From a virus (lineage: Duplodnaviria > Caudoviricetes): DNA of 35,848 nucleotides. The translations under genes were made by a program, and so were the position numbers. Positions 17,966 to 26,101 of this stretch are shown here, in pieces. The stretch spans positions 1 to 35,848 of IMG/VR virus record IMGVR_UViG_3300048576_000483; one strand, 5' to 3'. Below the pieces are notes generated by a model. The model had not been told where the DNA came from. It saw only the letters and a list, made by a program, of their open reading frames with translations, and did no database searches. Positions within the stretch are counted from its first letter, which is position 1. Every line of letters starts with the position of its first letter.

Positions 17966-18219
17966 TGAGCGGCGAGATGTGGATCACCATCGTTTCGCTC
18001 CTGCTCCAGGGGCTTTTTGCGATGCTCCTCGTGCTGTTCCGGTCGACCGTGGCCGACCTGAAAAACGAGCTGGTCAGCCTGCGCGAGCTGATTTGGACGG
18101 ACACCGTGCGCAAGTCCGAGCTGGAGGAAGTCAAAAAGGACATCCAGGCGCTGTACAGCAAGGCCAACGCCCGAGCCGAAACCTGCGCCGCCAACCACGG
18201 CAAGGAGCACGGCAAATGA
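17962..18219 (+). CDS. Small membrane-anchored coiled-coil protein
   Basis: N-terminal TM, coiled-coil C-terminus, coupled starts and stops. Confidence 0.65.
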   Translation: MMSGEMWITIVSLLLQGLFAMLLVLFRSTVADLKNELVSLRELIWTDTVRKSELEEVKKDIQALYSKANARAETCAANHGKEHGK

Positions 18220-18575
18220 GCGAATTTTCGGACCTGGCCGCAACCCTGCTGGAGGACGCCGGCGAGGCCGTCACCTACCAGGCCGCCGAGGGCTCGGCCG
18301 TGGCCATGTCGGCCGTCGTCTCCCGCTTTGGCCGTGGGTCGTGTCCCGCCGGCTGGCCGGCGGACAGCTTCCCCGGCTTCGCGCGGCACGCCGCTTTCCG
18401 CGTTCCGGCGGAGGCCGCGGACGGTACGGCCATTCCGGAGCCGGAGGCCGGCGCAAAATTCGTGCTCGACGGCGTGGCCTACACCATCGGCGAGGTCGTG
18501 CGCGAGCCCGTGAGCGGCTCGCATGGCCTGTGGTGGATCTGCCGCTGCGCGGCGCAGGCCCGGGGGAAATACTGA
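18216..18575 (+). CDS. Head-tail joining protein (putative)
   Basis: GEAVTYQ...PEAGAKFVLDGVAYTIGEV pattern, size and position. Confidence 0.65.
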   Translation: MSEFSDLAATLLEDAGEAVTYQAAEGSAVAMSAVVSRFGRGSCPAGWPADSFPGFARHAAFRVPAEAADGTAIPEPEAGAKFVLDGVAYTIGEVVREPVSGSHGLWWICRCAAQARGKY

Positions 18576-19219
18576 TGGGCAAGCGCTACGACTATGGCGA
18601 GGGTCTGGTCACCACCTCCAGCGGACGCCAGTATCCATTCCACTCGGATTCCGGCGGCGGATCGTTCCTGCGCATCAACGATACGGCGAAGCCCTGGCTG
18701 GCCTATCTGGCTCGAAATTTCCGCACCGAGTTCGCCCGGTCGCTCTCGCGCATCGGCTACTGGCTGCGCAAGGAGATGCGCGACGCCATCGAGTCCGGCG
18801 GCCCCGCCGGCGCAAGCTGGCCGGGCAGGTCGAACGTGCAGCAGCTCCGGATGCTGGACCGAAAGAAGAAAAGCCGGCGGTCGCTGCTGCAGTATGGCCA
18901 GTTCGGCCGGCTGATCAAGGCCGTGGGCTACAAGGCCGACCGTGAGGAGCTGCGCGTGCAGATCGGCTGGCTGAGCGCCACGGCCGCGCCGCTGGCGGCC
19001 AAGCTCCAGGCCGGGTTCGAGACACCGATCAGCGAGAAGATGCGCGCAATGTTTTTCGCCGCGGGCTCGGCCCTGGCCAAAAGCGGCAGCATCGCCGACC
19101 CGGCCCGGCCCCTGGTGCGGCCCCTGTTCGAGCAGGTCGAGGCCGAGATTCCGCGCCGCATCGAAGCGTTCATCATCCAGTACCTGGACCGGGCCGGCGG
19201 CTCGGCCAAAGCGGCCTAG
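18575..19219 (+). CDS. Neck/tail completion protein (putative)
   Basis: Basic protein with PARPLVRP motif near the C-terminus; position. Confidence 0.6.
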   Translation: MGKRYDYGEGLVTTSSGRQYPFHSDSGGGSFLRINDTAKPWLAYLARNFRTEFARSLSRIGYWLRKEMRDAIESGGPAGASWPGRSNVQQLRMLDRKKKSRRSLLQYGQFGRLIKAVGYKADREELRVQIGWLSATAAPLAAKLQAGFETPISEKMRAMFFAAGSALAKSGSIADPARPLVRPLFEQVEAEIPRRIEAFIIQYLDRAGGSAKAA

Positions 19220-19229
19220 GAGGCAGGAC

Positions 19230-19670
19230 ATGGCCGAGGCCTACGACATCGTGAAGTGCTGGAGCGAGGAGCTGGCGCAGTCCGCGACTCTCGCCGCGTT
19301 TTGCCGGGAGCGTTTCGGCACCGGCCCTCACGTCCTGCTCGGCTACGCGCTTACGTCCCGTCCGGATGAGCGGCGGGCGCCGTGGATTTTGCTCCTGCCC
19401 ATGGAGCAGGACGGCGGATACGAGGCCGAAGCCGAGGAGAGCAGGGTGCTTCTGGCCTTCGGCGTCATCGACTCCGAAGTCGTCACCTCGGGCGCGCTCA
19501 CCGAGCAGCGCGGCCACGCGTCGATCAAGCTCTTCGAAGAGGCCATACGGCAGGTCCTGAGCGCCACGGATTGGCCGCCCAGCACGTGGGGCGGGGAATA
19601 CGTGCAGCCGGCCGACGACTATTACGAGGCGCATCGCATCTACACCTATCACGAGACCAACACCCTCTAG
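19230..19670 (+). CDS. Tail terminator-like protein (putative)
   Basis: Acidic 146 aa ORF immediately before the tail tube gene; strong RBS. Confidence 0.55.
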   Translation: MAEAYDIVKCWSEELAQSATLAAFCRERFGTGPHVLLGYALTSRPDERRAPWILLLPMEQDGGYEAEAEESRVLLAFGVIDSEVVTSGALTEQRGHASIKLFEEAIRQVLSATDWPPSTWGGEYVQPADDYYEAHRIYTYHETNTL

Positions 19671-19688
19671 CGAGGGGAGGAGGCGACC

Positions 19689-21125
19689 ATGAGCGGCAGA
19701 CAGGCCAAAGGTTTCAAGGCGTCGATGATCATCGACCGCGAGGATGCATACGGCGTCATGCGCGCCGCGGCCGCGCGCCGCGCCTACCGCGTCCCCATGA
19801 TGACCAACGGCATCACCGCCGTCCCGAAGCTGACGGTCGACAAGGACACCATCGTCGGTCGGCGCGATCCCACCGAGCCGTCCAAGGGCGACATCGAGGC
19901 CTCCGGCACGATCAAGGTCCCGCTCGACGCGCACAACTTCGGGCTGCACCTGGCCAACATCTTCGGCGACCCGGTCTCGACCGCAGAAGTCGCGGCCCTG
20001 CATCCCAACGCCGCGGCGGCGGTCAACCTGGGCAACGGCCGCGTGGGCATCCCCTGCACGGCCCATGGCCTGTCCTGGGGCGCGCCCATCGTCATCGCCG
20101 GTACCACGCACTATGACGGGGCCTACATTCTGACCACGGACAGCACGGCCGACCGCATCGTCATCGCCGCCACCTACACGGCGGAGACCTTCCTGGGCAC
20201 CGAGACGATCAACCTCGGGCGCAAAGTGGTCATCTCCGGGGCGGCGCGCGACGCCGGATCCGGCAAGGTCGGCCTGCCCGCGGCGGCCCATGGCCTGCCC
20301 GTGGGCAGCCGCATCGTCGTCTCGGGCTCCGCGCACTACGCCGCCACCTACACCGTGCTGCGCGGGACCACGGCCAACGAACTGCTCGTCACCGCCACAT
20401 ACGAGGCGGAGACCCTGACCGCCAGCGCCGTCTGCCACTACTGGGACAAGACGTTCAAGATTCAGGACGAGATGCCGTCCTGGGGCTGCGAAAAGGGCTT
20501 CCCCGGCATCCCGATGTACCTGTGGTTCCGGGGGGGCAAGGTCAAGAAGCTGAGCCTCAGCCTGAGCGACAGCGGCGTGCTCTCGGCCAGCTTCGACATG
20601 CTCGGGGCGAATGAGGATAAAATCCAGGACGATTCCGGGGACCCCGCGCCGTATGACGCCAGCCCGGTGGAGCTGCCCGTCGCCAAATACGAGAAGGCGC
20701 ATCTGTCCATCATCGAGGGCGGCGCGGTCTCGTCCAATCGCATCACGACCTACACCCTCGACGTCGATTTCGGCCTGGAGGGCAAGCCCACCATCAACGC
20801 CCCCGGCAAGACCGGCGAACTCGGCGACATCACCGAGGGGATCATGGAGATCAGCGGCAAGCTCGAAGCGCTGTTCAAGGACGCCAGCTTCCTGGACAAG
20901 GCTCTCGGCTTCCAGACCAGTTCGCTGGAGGCGCTGCTGAGCCGCGAGGGCTACCAGCTCAGCTTCAAGGTGGAGGAGCTCAAGTACGAGCAGAGCACGC
21001 CCTCCATCGACGGCCCGGCCGGCGTCCTCGAAAGCCACAACTACCAGGGCTTTTACGCCTCGGGCGCGTCCGATTCGGCCATCGTCGTCCGCGTCCGCAA
21101 CGAAATGTACAGCCTTACGGAGTAG
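19689..21125 (+). CDS. Major tail tube protein with two inserted beta domains
   Basis: GRRDPTEPSKGDIEASGTI, FRGGKVKKLSLS, ISGKLEALFKD, TPSIDGPAGV; duplicated AHGL insert. Confidence 0.8.
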   Translation: MSGRQAKGFKASMIIDREDAYGVMRAAAARRAYRVPMMTNGITAVPKLTVDKDTIVGRRDPTEPSKGDIEASGTIKVPLDAHNFGLHLANIFGDPVSTAEVAALHPNAAAAVNLGNGRVGIPCTAHGLSWGAPIVIAGTTHYDGAYILTTDSTADRIVIAATYTAETFLGTETINLGRKVVISGAARDAGSGKVGLPAAAHGLPVGSRIVVSGSAHYAATYTVLRGTTANELLVTATYEAETLTASAVCHYWDKTFKIQDEMPSWGCEKGFPGIPMYLWFRGGKVKKLSLSLSDSGVLSASFDMLGANEDKIQDDSGDPAPYDASPVELPVAKYEKAHLSIIEGGAVSSNRITTYTLDVDFGLEGKPTINAPGKTGELGDITEGIMEISGKLEALFKDASFLDKALGFQTSSLEALLSREGYQLSFKVEELKYEQSTPSIDGPAGVLESHNYQGFYASGASDSAIVVRVRNEMYSLTE

Positions 21126-21130
21126 ACACC

Positions 21131-21490
21131 ATGCAGATCACCCTGCCCGTCAGCGGCAAAGAAATCGAACTGGCTTCCTGGACATGGGAGGAATCCCGCA
21201 CGTTCTGGGAGCGCGCCAAGGCCTTCCTCGTGACCGAGGCAGCGGAGCCGGAGCGCAAGACAAGGGCCGACTGGATGGAGCACGTTTTGCGGCAGCATTA
21301 CCCCGGCCAGGTGCTGGAGCAGGTTTTCGTCAACTCTCCCGACGCCATCCAGCTTTACAATGAAACCGTGCGCTACAACATGGCCGGCCCGGAGCAGGTA
21401 AAAAACTCCTTCGGCTCTGGGACTGGCAAACAGACCCAGAGCGAGTCCGATACTGCCGCGCCTGCCGCGGATCCGGCGGCGGAGGATTAA
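21131..21490 (+). CDS. Tail assembly chaperone (gpG-like)
   Basis: Between tube and tape measure genes; contains slippery A AAA AAC at 21400-21406. Confidence 0.75.
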   Translation: MQITLPVSGKEIELASWTWEESRTFWERAKAFLVTEAAEPERKTRADWMEHVLRQHYPGQVLEQVFVNSPDAIQLYNETVRYNMAGPEQVKNSFGSGTGKQTQSESDTAAPAADPAAED

Positions 21491-21768
21491 CGGACTGCGG
21501 GGCCTGCGAGTACGGCCAGGCCCCGCATCTTGACCCCGCCGCCGCGCCGGCCTGGAAGCTCTGGCAGAGCATCCAGACGCAGTGGCGGGTGGGTTTTGGC
21601 GGAGCGACGGGGCTGGACTATCCGGCCGTGGCGAAAGTGGCCGAACTCCTGGGGATGCGCATGGACAGGATGATGCTCGAAACGATTCAGGCGCTCGAGG
21701 CTGCGCAGCTCGACCGTTGGGCCGCGACCGCCGCGGCGGCGCGCGAGGAGGCCCGCAATGGCCGCTGA
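21400..21768 (+). CDS. -1 frameshift extension of the tail chaperone (gpT/DUF1799-like)
   Basis: Open -1 frame KLLRLWDW...QTQWRVGFGGATGLDYPAV...NGR* with no start codon of its own before the conserved motif. Confidence 0.8.
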   Translation, partial: KKLLRLWDWQTDPERVRYCRACRGSGGGGLTDCGACEYGQAPHLDPAAAPAWKLWQSIQTQWRVGFGGATGLDYPAVAKVAELLGMRMDRMMLETIQALEAAQLDRWAATAAAAREEARNGR

Positions 21769-24460
21769 AACCCGCATCATCGTCTCCGCCAAGGACCTGG
21801 CCAGCGACGTTTTCCATAAGGCCGAACTGGGAGCGGAGGGGCTGGCCCGGACCATCGAGAAATACGAGGGGCTTATTCCTTTCGCCTCGTTCGGCATGGG
21901 CTCCTATCTGGCCAAGGACGCACTCAAGGGCCTATTGGAAGAGACCATTGAACATATCGACAAGACGGGCAAGCTCGGCCAACAGGTCGGCATGGCCACC
22001 GAGGAAATCACCAGCTACAGCTATGCGGCAAAACTCGCGGATGTCAGCACCGAGGAATTCGTCCGCAGTGTGGAGAAGCTTTCAAAGAACATGGTTGGCG
22101 CGGTGGGCGGCGTGTCCGAGGGCATGGACAGCATGGCCTCCGGCGGCAACAAGGTCCGCGCCGCGCTCGTGGCCCTGGGCTTCAGCCAGCAGCAGATTGT
22201 CCAGGGCCAGCAGAACATGCCGGAGTTCCTCGGCCAGATAGCCGACAAGTTCCACGGCGCGGAGGACGGGGCCACAAAGACCGCCATCGCCATGATGCTT
22301 TTTGGCAAGTCCGGTGCGGCAATGATTCCGATGCTCAACCAGGGCGGCGCGGCCATCACGAAGATGCGTCAGGAGGCCGAGGCCCTAGGTCTTGTCTTCG
22401 GCGACGACCTGGCCAAACAGGCCGAGGAGGTGGAAGACAATTTCAAGCGGCTGCATGCCCGTATTGAGGGCTTCGAGATACTCCTCACCTCGGGCGCGCT
22501 CCCGGCCGTCCAGGATTTCTCCGAGTACCTCATGCACAGCGTTGGCAGTACCGACGCGCTCAACGAAAAGCTCAGTTTGGTAGAGAAGAGCCTGCGGGGC
22601 ATCGTCTATTGGGCCATCGCAACCAAGAACGTCGGCGACATGTTCGCCTCCGGGGCTTGGCATGTGCTCAAGGGCGGCACGGATCTCATGGTCGGGGATT
22701 TCAAGAGCGCCAATAAGCACATCATGGATCTGGCGCGTTCGAACATGGAAGACCTTAATGACATCATGCGCGGCTATGATGATATTTGGGTGGGACATGC
22801 CACCCAGCGCGAGCGCACAAACCTCAAGGGCCACGACGGCCGATCCACGCATGATGCATTGGGCGAGAAAAAAACAAAGCTCAAGAATCCGAACACGGAT
22901 AATGGAAAAGGCCTTGATACAATAAAGACTTTGCACGAGGAAGCGCTCAAAGCGGATCAGGCCCTCATGCAGGTTCGAGACTCCTACGATGAATTAACAT
23001 TAACGCTTGAAGGTGACGTCTTTGGCGCGGCATTGATCAAAAATCAGCGCGAAGCCAACAAGGAACTAATGGAGGCCGTCCGCGACTGGCAAAAAATACA
23101 AGATGAGAGAAAAAGCCTTTCGACCAAAGGAAAGCTTACGGGGGAGGCTTCACGGCTGCTGAATGAAAGACAAGCGTCTGTCGCGCAGCGGATGCAGGGT
23201 ATCCGGGAAAGACAGATGCTTCAGGATCAGCAAAAATCCATTGAAGCTCAGCTTGAGGACATGTCCCACGACGCCGCCCACATCACGGCCATGGCCGAAA
23301 GCACCGGCATTGGCCAGTGGGAGGCCAAGGCCAACGCGATCAAGGCGAAATACGACGCGCTGCGCAAGGACCCCAAGACAATGCGTTTCAGCTCCGACTG
23401 GGACGCGGAGCAGGGCGCGGCGCTTTTGCGGCTGGAAAGTGACAAGGCCGTGGCCATGGCCCAGCAGCGGGCCGAGCTGGCCCAGCTCCTGGGCGACACG
23501 CACGGCTACTACGGCGAGCAGGTCAAGATCCTGGAGATCCAGCGCGACCTGGCCGGCACCGACGAGGAGCGCCGGCTGATCCAAGAGAAGCTGAACCGCG
23601 CCCAGGCGCAGTACGCCGGCGACGGCATGGACGGTCTGCGTCGTTCATTCAAGGATTACGCCGGCGACGCGCAGGATATGTGGAAAAACTGGTACGAGGC
23701 CGGCCGGGCCTCCATCAGCAAGATCCAGGACGCGCTTGCCGATGTGTCCGTCGGCAAGTCGGTCGACATCCAGAAATTCGGCCAGGACCTCGGCCGGGAG
23801 ATCAACAGCAACATCATCATCCGTCCGGCCATGGGCAAACTGATGGACTCCCTGAGCTCCATCCCCGGACTGGAGGACATCTTCGGGGCGGGGAAGGACG
23901 CCGCTCTGGCGACGGCATCGGTGAGCCTGGACGCCAGCGCCGTGTCGCTCGACGCCTCGGCCATTGGACTGGACACTGCGGCCCTGAGCCTGGAGACGGC
24001 GGCGATATCGCTGGAAAGCGCAGCCCTCTCCATGGGCGCGGGCGGCGCGGGGGCCATCGCCCAATCGGGATCGGACATGCTCAGCGGCATGGTCGACGAC
24101 TTCTTCAACCTGGACGGGGCGCGCGCCAGCGGCGGACCGACCGGCCCCGGCGATTACCTCGTGGGCGAGCGCGGGCCGGAGATCCTGCGCATCGGCGGAA
24201 GCGGTTACGTTTACGACAATGCGCGAACCCAGGACATCCTTTCCGGCGCCGCCGCATCCGGCGCGGGGCTGACGCAGCACAACGTCACCATCCAGCAGAC
24301 ATTCGACTTTCGCGGGGCGGACTCCTCGGCCATTACGCAGCTCCGCGCCTATGCCTCGGTCATCAAGCGCGAGTCCGTCGCCGAGGCCATGGCCAAGGTC
24401 CGGGCCGAAGCCGACCGCGGCGGCAGCTATTCCAAAAGCCTGGGCCGCCGGTCGAAGTAG
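21758..24460 (+). CDS. Tail tape measure protein
   Basis: 900 aa helical Ala-rich ORF; LFGKSGAAMIPMLNQG; C-terminal GARASGG...YLVGERGPE. Confidence 0.93.
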   Translation: MAAETRIIVSAKDLASDVFHKAELGAEGLARTIEKYEGLIPFASFGMGSYLAKDALKGLLEETIEHIDKTGKLGQQVGMATEEITSYSYAAKLADVSTEEFVRSVEKLSKNMVGAVGGVSEGMDSMASGGNKVRAALVALGFSQQQIVQGQQNMPEFLGQIADKFHGAEDGATKTAIAMMLFGKSGAAMIPMLNQGGAAITKMRQEAEALGLVFGDDLAKQAEEVEDNFKRLHARIEGFEILLTSGALPAVQDFSEYLMHSVGSTDALNEKLSLVEKSLRGIVYWAIATKNVGDMFASGAWHVLKGGTDLMVGDFKSANKHIMDLARSNMEDLNDIMRGYDDIWVGHATQRERTNLKGHDGRSTHDALGEKKTKLKNPNTDNGKGLDTIKTLHEEALKADQALMQVRDSYDELTLTLEGDVFGAALIKNQREANKELMEAVRDWQKIQDERKSLSTKGKLTGEASRLLNERQASVAQRMQGIRERQMLQDQQKSIEAQLEDMSHDAAHITAMAESTGIGQWEAKANAIKAKYDALRKDPKTMRFSSDWDAEQGAALLRLESDKAVAMAQQRAELAQLLGDTHGYYGEQVKILEIQRDLAGTDEERRLIQEKLNRAQAQYAGDGMDGLRRSFKDYAGDAQDMWKNWYEAGRASISKIQDALADVSVGKSVDIQKFGQDLGREINSNIIIRPAMGKLMDSLSSIPGLEDIFGAGKDAALATASVSLDASAVSLDASAIGLDTAALSLETAAISLESAALSMGAGGAGAIAQSGSDMLSGMVDDFFNLDGARASGGPTGPGDYLVGERGPEILRIGGSGYVYDNARTQDILSGAAASGAGLTQHNVTIQQTFDFRGADSSAITQLRAYASVIKRESVAEAMAKVRAEADRGGSYSKSLGRRSK

Positions 24461-24468
24461 GGGGAGGC

Positions 24469-25095
24469 ATGAGCATCGAGCGCATATCCTGGCCGACCCT
24501 CGGCAAGCGGCCGCGCGAGTGGGGCTGGAAACTCATCGCCAACGGCAGCGACTGGACCTCGCCTTTCGACTCCGGCGGCCAGACGCTGGAGTTCCCGGGC
24601 ACGCGCTGGTGGTGCACCATCAGCTACGAGGAGCTGCGCGAGAGCGACTGGCGCATCCTGGACGCCTGGCTGGCGCGGATGCGCGGCATGTCCGGCCGCG
24701 CCCTTTTCCCGATGATTCAGGCGGAGGAGCCGCGCGGCCTGGCCACCGGGACGCCGGTCGTCAGCGGCGCGGCCCAGACCGGGCGCAGTCTCGTCACCGC
24801 CGGGTGGACCGCGAGCACGGCTGGTATCCTGCTCACGGGCGACTATTTCAGCGTGCCCACGGACAGCGGGCCTGAGCTCAAGATCATCACCGCCGACGCC
24901 GACAGCGACGCCGACGGCAAGACGACGCTGCGCTTCGAGCCGCCGTTGCGCAACAGCCCGGCCTCCGGCGCGGCGCTCACGGTGCGCACGCCCCTGTGCC
25001 CGATGCGCCTGTATGACGCCGATCAGGGGCAGCTCTCGCTGAGCACCATGCGCCGCGGCGGCTGGACCGGACAGTTCGTGGAGGCCTGGATATGA
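24469..25095 (+). CDS. Distal tail protein (putative)
   Basis: GGAGG RBS; SPFDSGGQT...RW, GDYFSV, FEPPLR; follows the tape measure gene. Confidence 0.7.
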   Translation: MSIERISWPTLGKRPREWGWKLIANGSDWTSPFDSGGQTLEFPGTRWWCTISYEELRESDWRILDAWLARMRGMSGRALFPMIQAEEPRGLATGTPVVSGAAQTGRSLVTAGWTASTAGILLTGDYFSVPTDSGPELKIITADADSDADGKTTLRFEPPLRNSPASGAALTVRTPLCPMRLYDADQGQLSLSTMRRGGWTGQFVEAWI

Positions 25096-25670
25096 GCGGC
25101 CGGGAGATGACCGCGCAGGCGGCGGCCGCCGCCCGCCAGGAAGTCGTGCGGATGATGCTCCTGGCCCGGCTGGAGTTCGACGGCGACCCGGCGCTGGTCA
25201 CCAGCGCGCCGTATGACGTGGCCTATGATCTGGACGGCGACGGCGAGGCGGAGATCTGGCGCTCGACCTTTGGCATGGGCCAGGTATCCGGGGCGGAGGA
25301 GGGGCTGGAGACGCAGGCCTACGGCCTGACGTGCAAGCTAGCCGGCCTGGACGCCGCGGCGATTTCCCTGGCCCTGCAGTGCGACCCGCAGGGCCGGCCC
25401 GCCAGCTTCTGGCTGGCCTTCCTGGACGCGGACCACCAGATTGTGCCGGCCCCGGTCCTGCTTTTCCGGGGTCGGATGGACGTCATGCCCATCACCGGCG
25501 GCAAGAGCGGCGAAATCACCCTTTCCGTGGAGTCGCGGCTGGCCGACTGGGACCGCGTGCGCGGCGGCCGCTACACCGACGCCGAGCAGCAGGCGCGCTG
25601 CCCCGGCGACCGTTTCTTTCAGTTTTGCGCCGCGGCCTGCGACAAGGAGATCAATTGGGGGCGCTCATGA
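25092..25670 (+). CDS. Tail tip/hub protein (putative)
   Basis: LFRGRMD...ITLSVESRLADW...RYTDAEQQARCPGDRFF. Confidence 0.72.
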   Translation: MSGREMTAQAAAAARQEVVRMMLLARLEFDGDPALVTSAPYDVAYDLDGDGEAEIWRSTFGMGQVSGAEEGLETQAYGLTCKLAGLDAAAISLALQCDPQGRPASFWLAFLDADHQIVPAPVLLFRGRMDVMPITGGKSGEITLSVESRLADWDRVRGGRYTDAEQQARCPGDRFFQFCAAACDKEINWGRS

Positions 25671-26101
25671 CCAACCGCCGTCCGGACTGGCCCTCGCGGC
25701 TCATGGGAGCCATCGACGCAGCCCGCGCCAAGCCCTTTAGCTGGGGCGAGCTGGACTGCTGCCTCTTCGCCTGCGACTGCGTTGCGGCCATGACCGGCGT
25801 CGACCCGGCCGCCTGGTTCCGCGGCCGCTACCATACGGCCGCCGGAGCGCGGCGCAAGCTGCGCATCTATTCCGGCGGCGGCCTGGAGGCCACGGTGGCG
25901 CTGCTGGCCGCGCGACACGGCCTGCCGGAAATCATGGTGGCGCAGGCGCAGCGCGGCGATCTCGTGCTCATCGACGCGGCGGAATGCCCGCCGGAGGCGC
26001 GGGCCCTGGCCGTCTGCGCCGGGCTGCGCCTGGCCGTGATGACGGAGCGCGGCGTCGGCTTCGTCTCCCCGGCGCGGGGCCTGCGCGCCTGGAGGGTCTG
26101 A
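25667..26101 (+). CDS. NlpC/P60-like tail tip assembly protein (gpK-like)
   Basis: DWPSRL...PFSWGELDCCLFA...TGVDP...AQRGDLV...RAWRV. Confidence 0.8.
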   Translation: MTNRRPDWPSRLMGAIDAARAKPFSWGELDCCLFACDCVAAMTGVDPAAWFRGRYHTAAGARRKLRIYSGGGLEATVALLAARHGLPEIMVAQAQRGDLVLIDAAECPPEARALAVCAGLRLAVMTERGVGFVSPARGLRAWRV

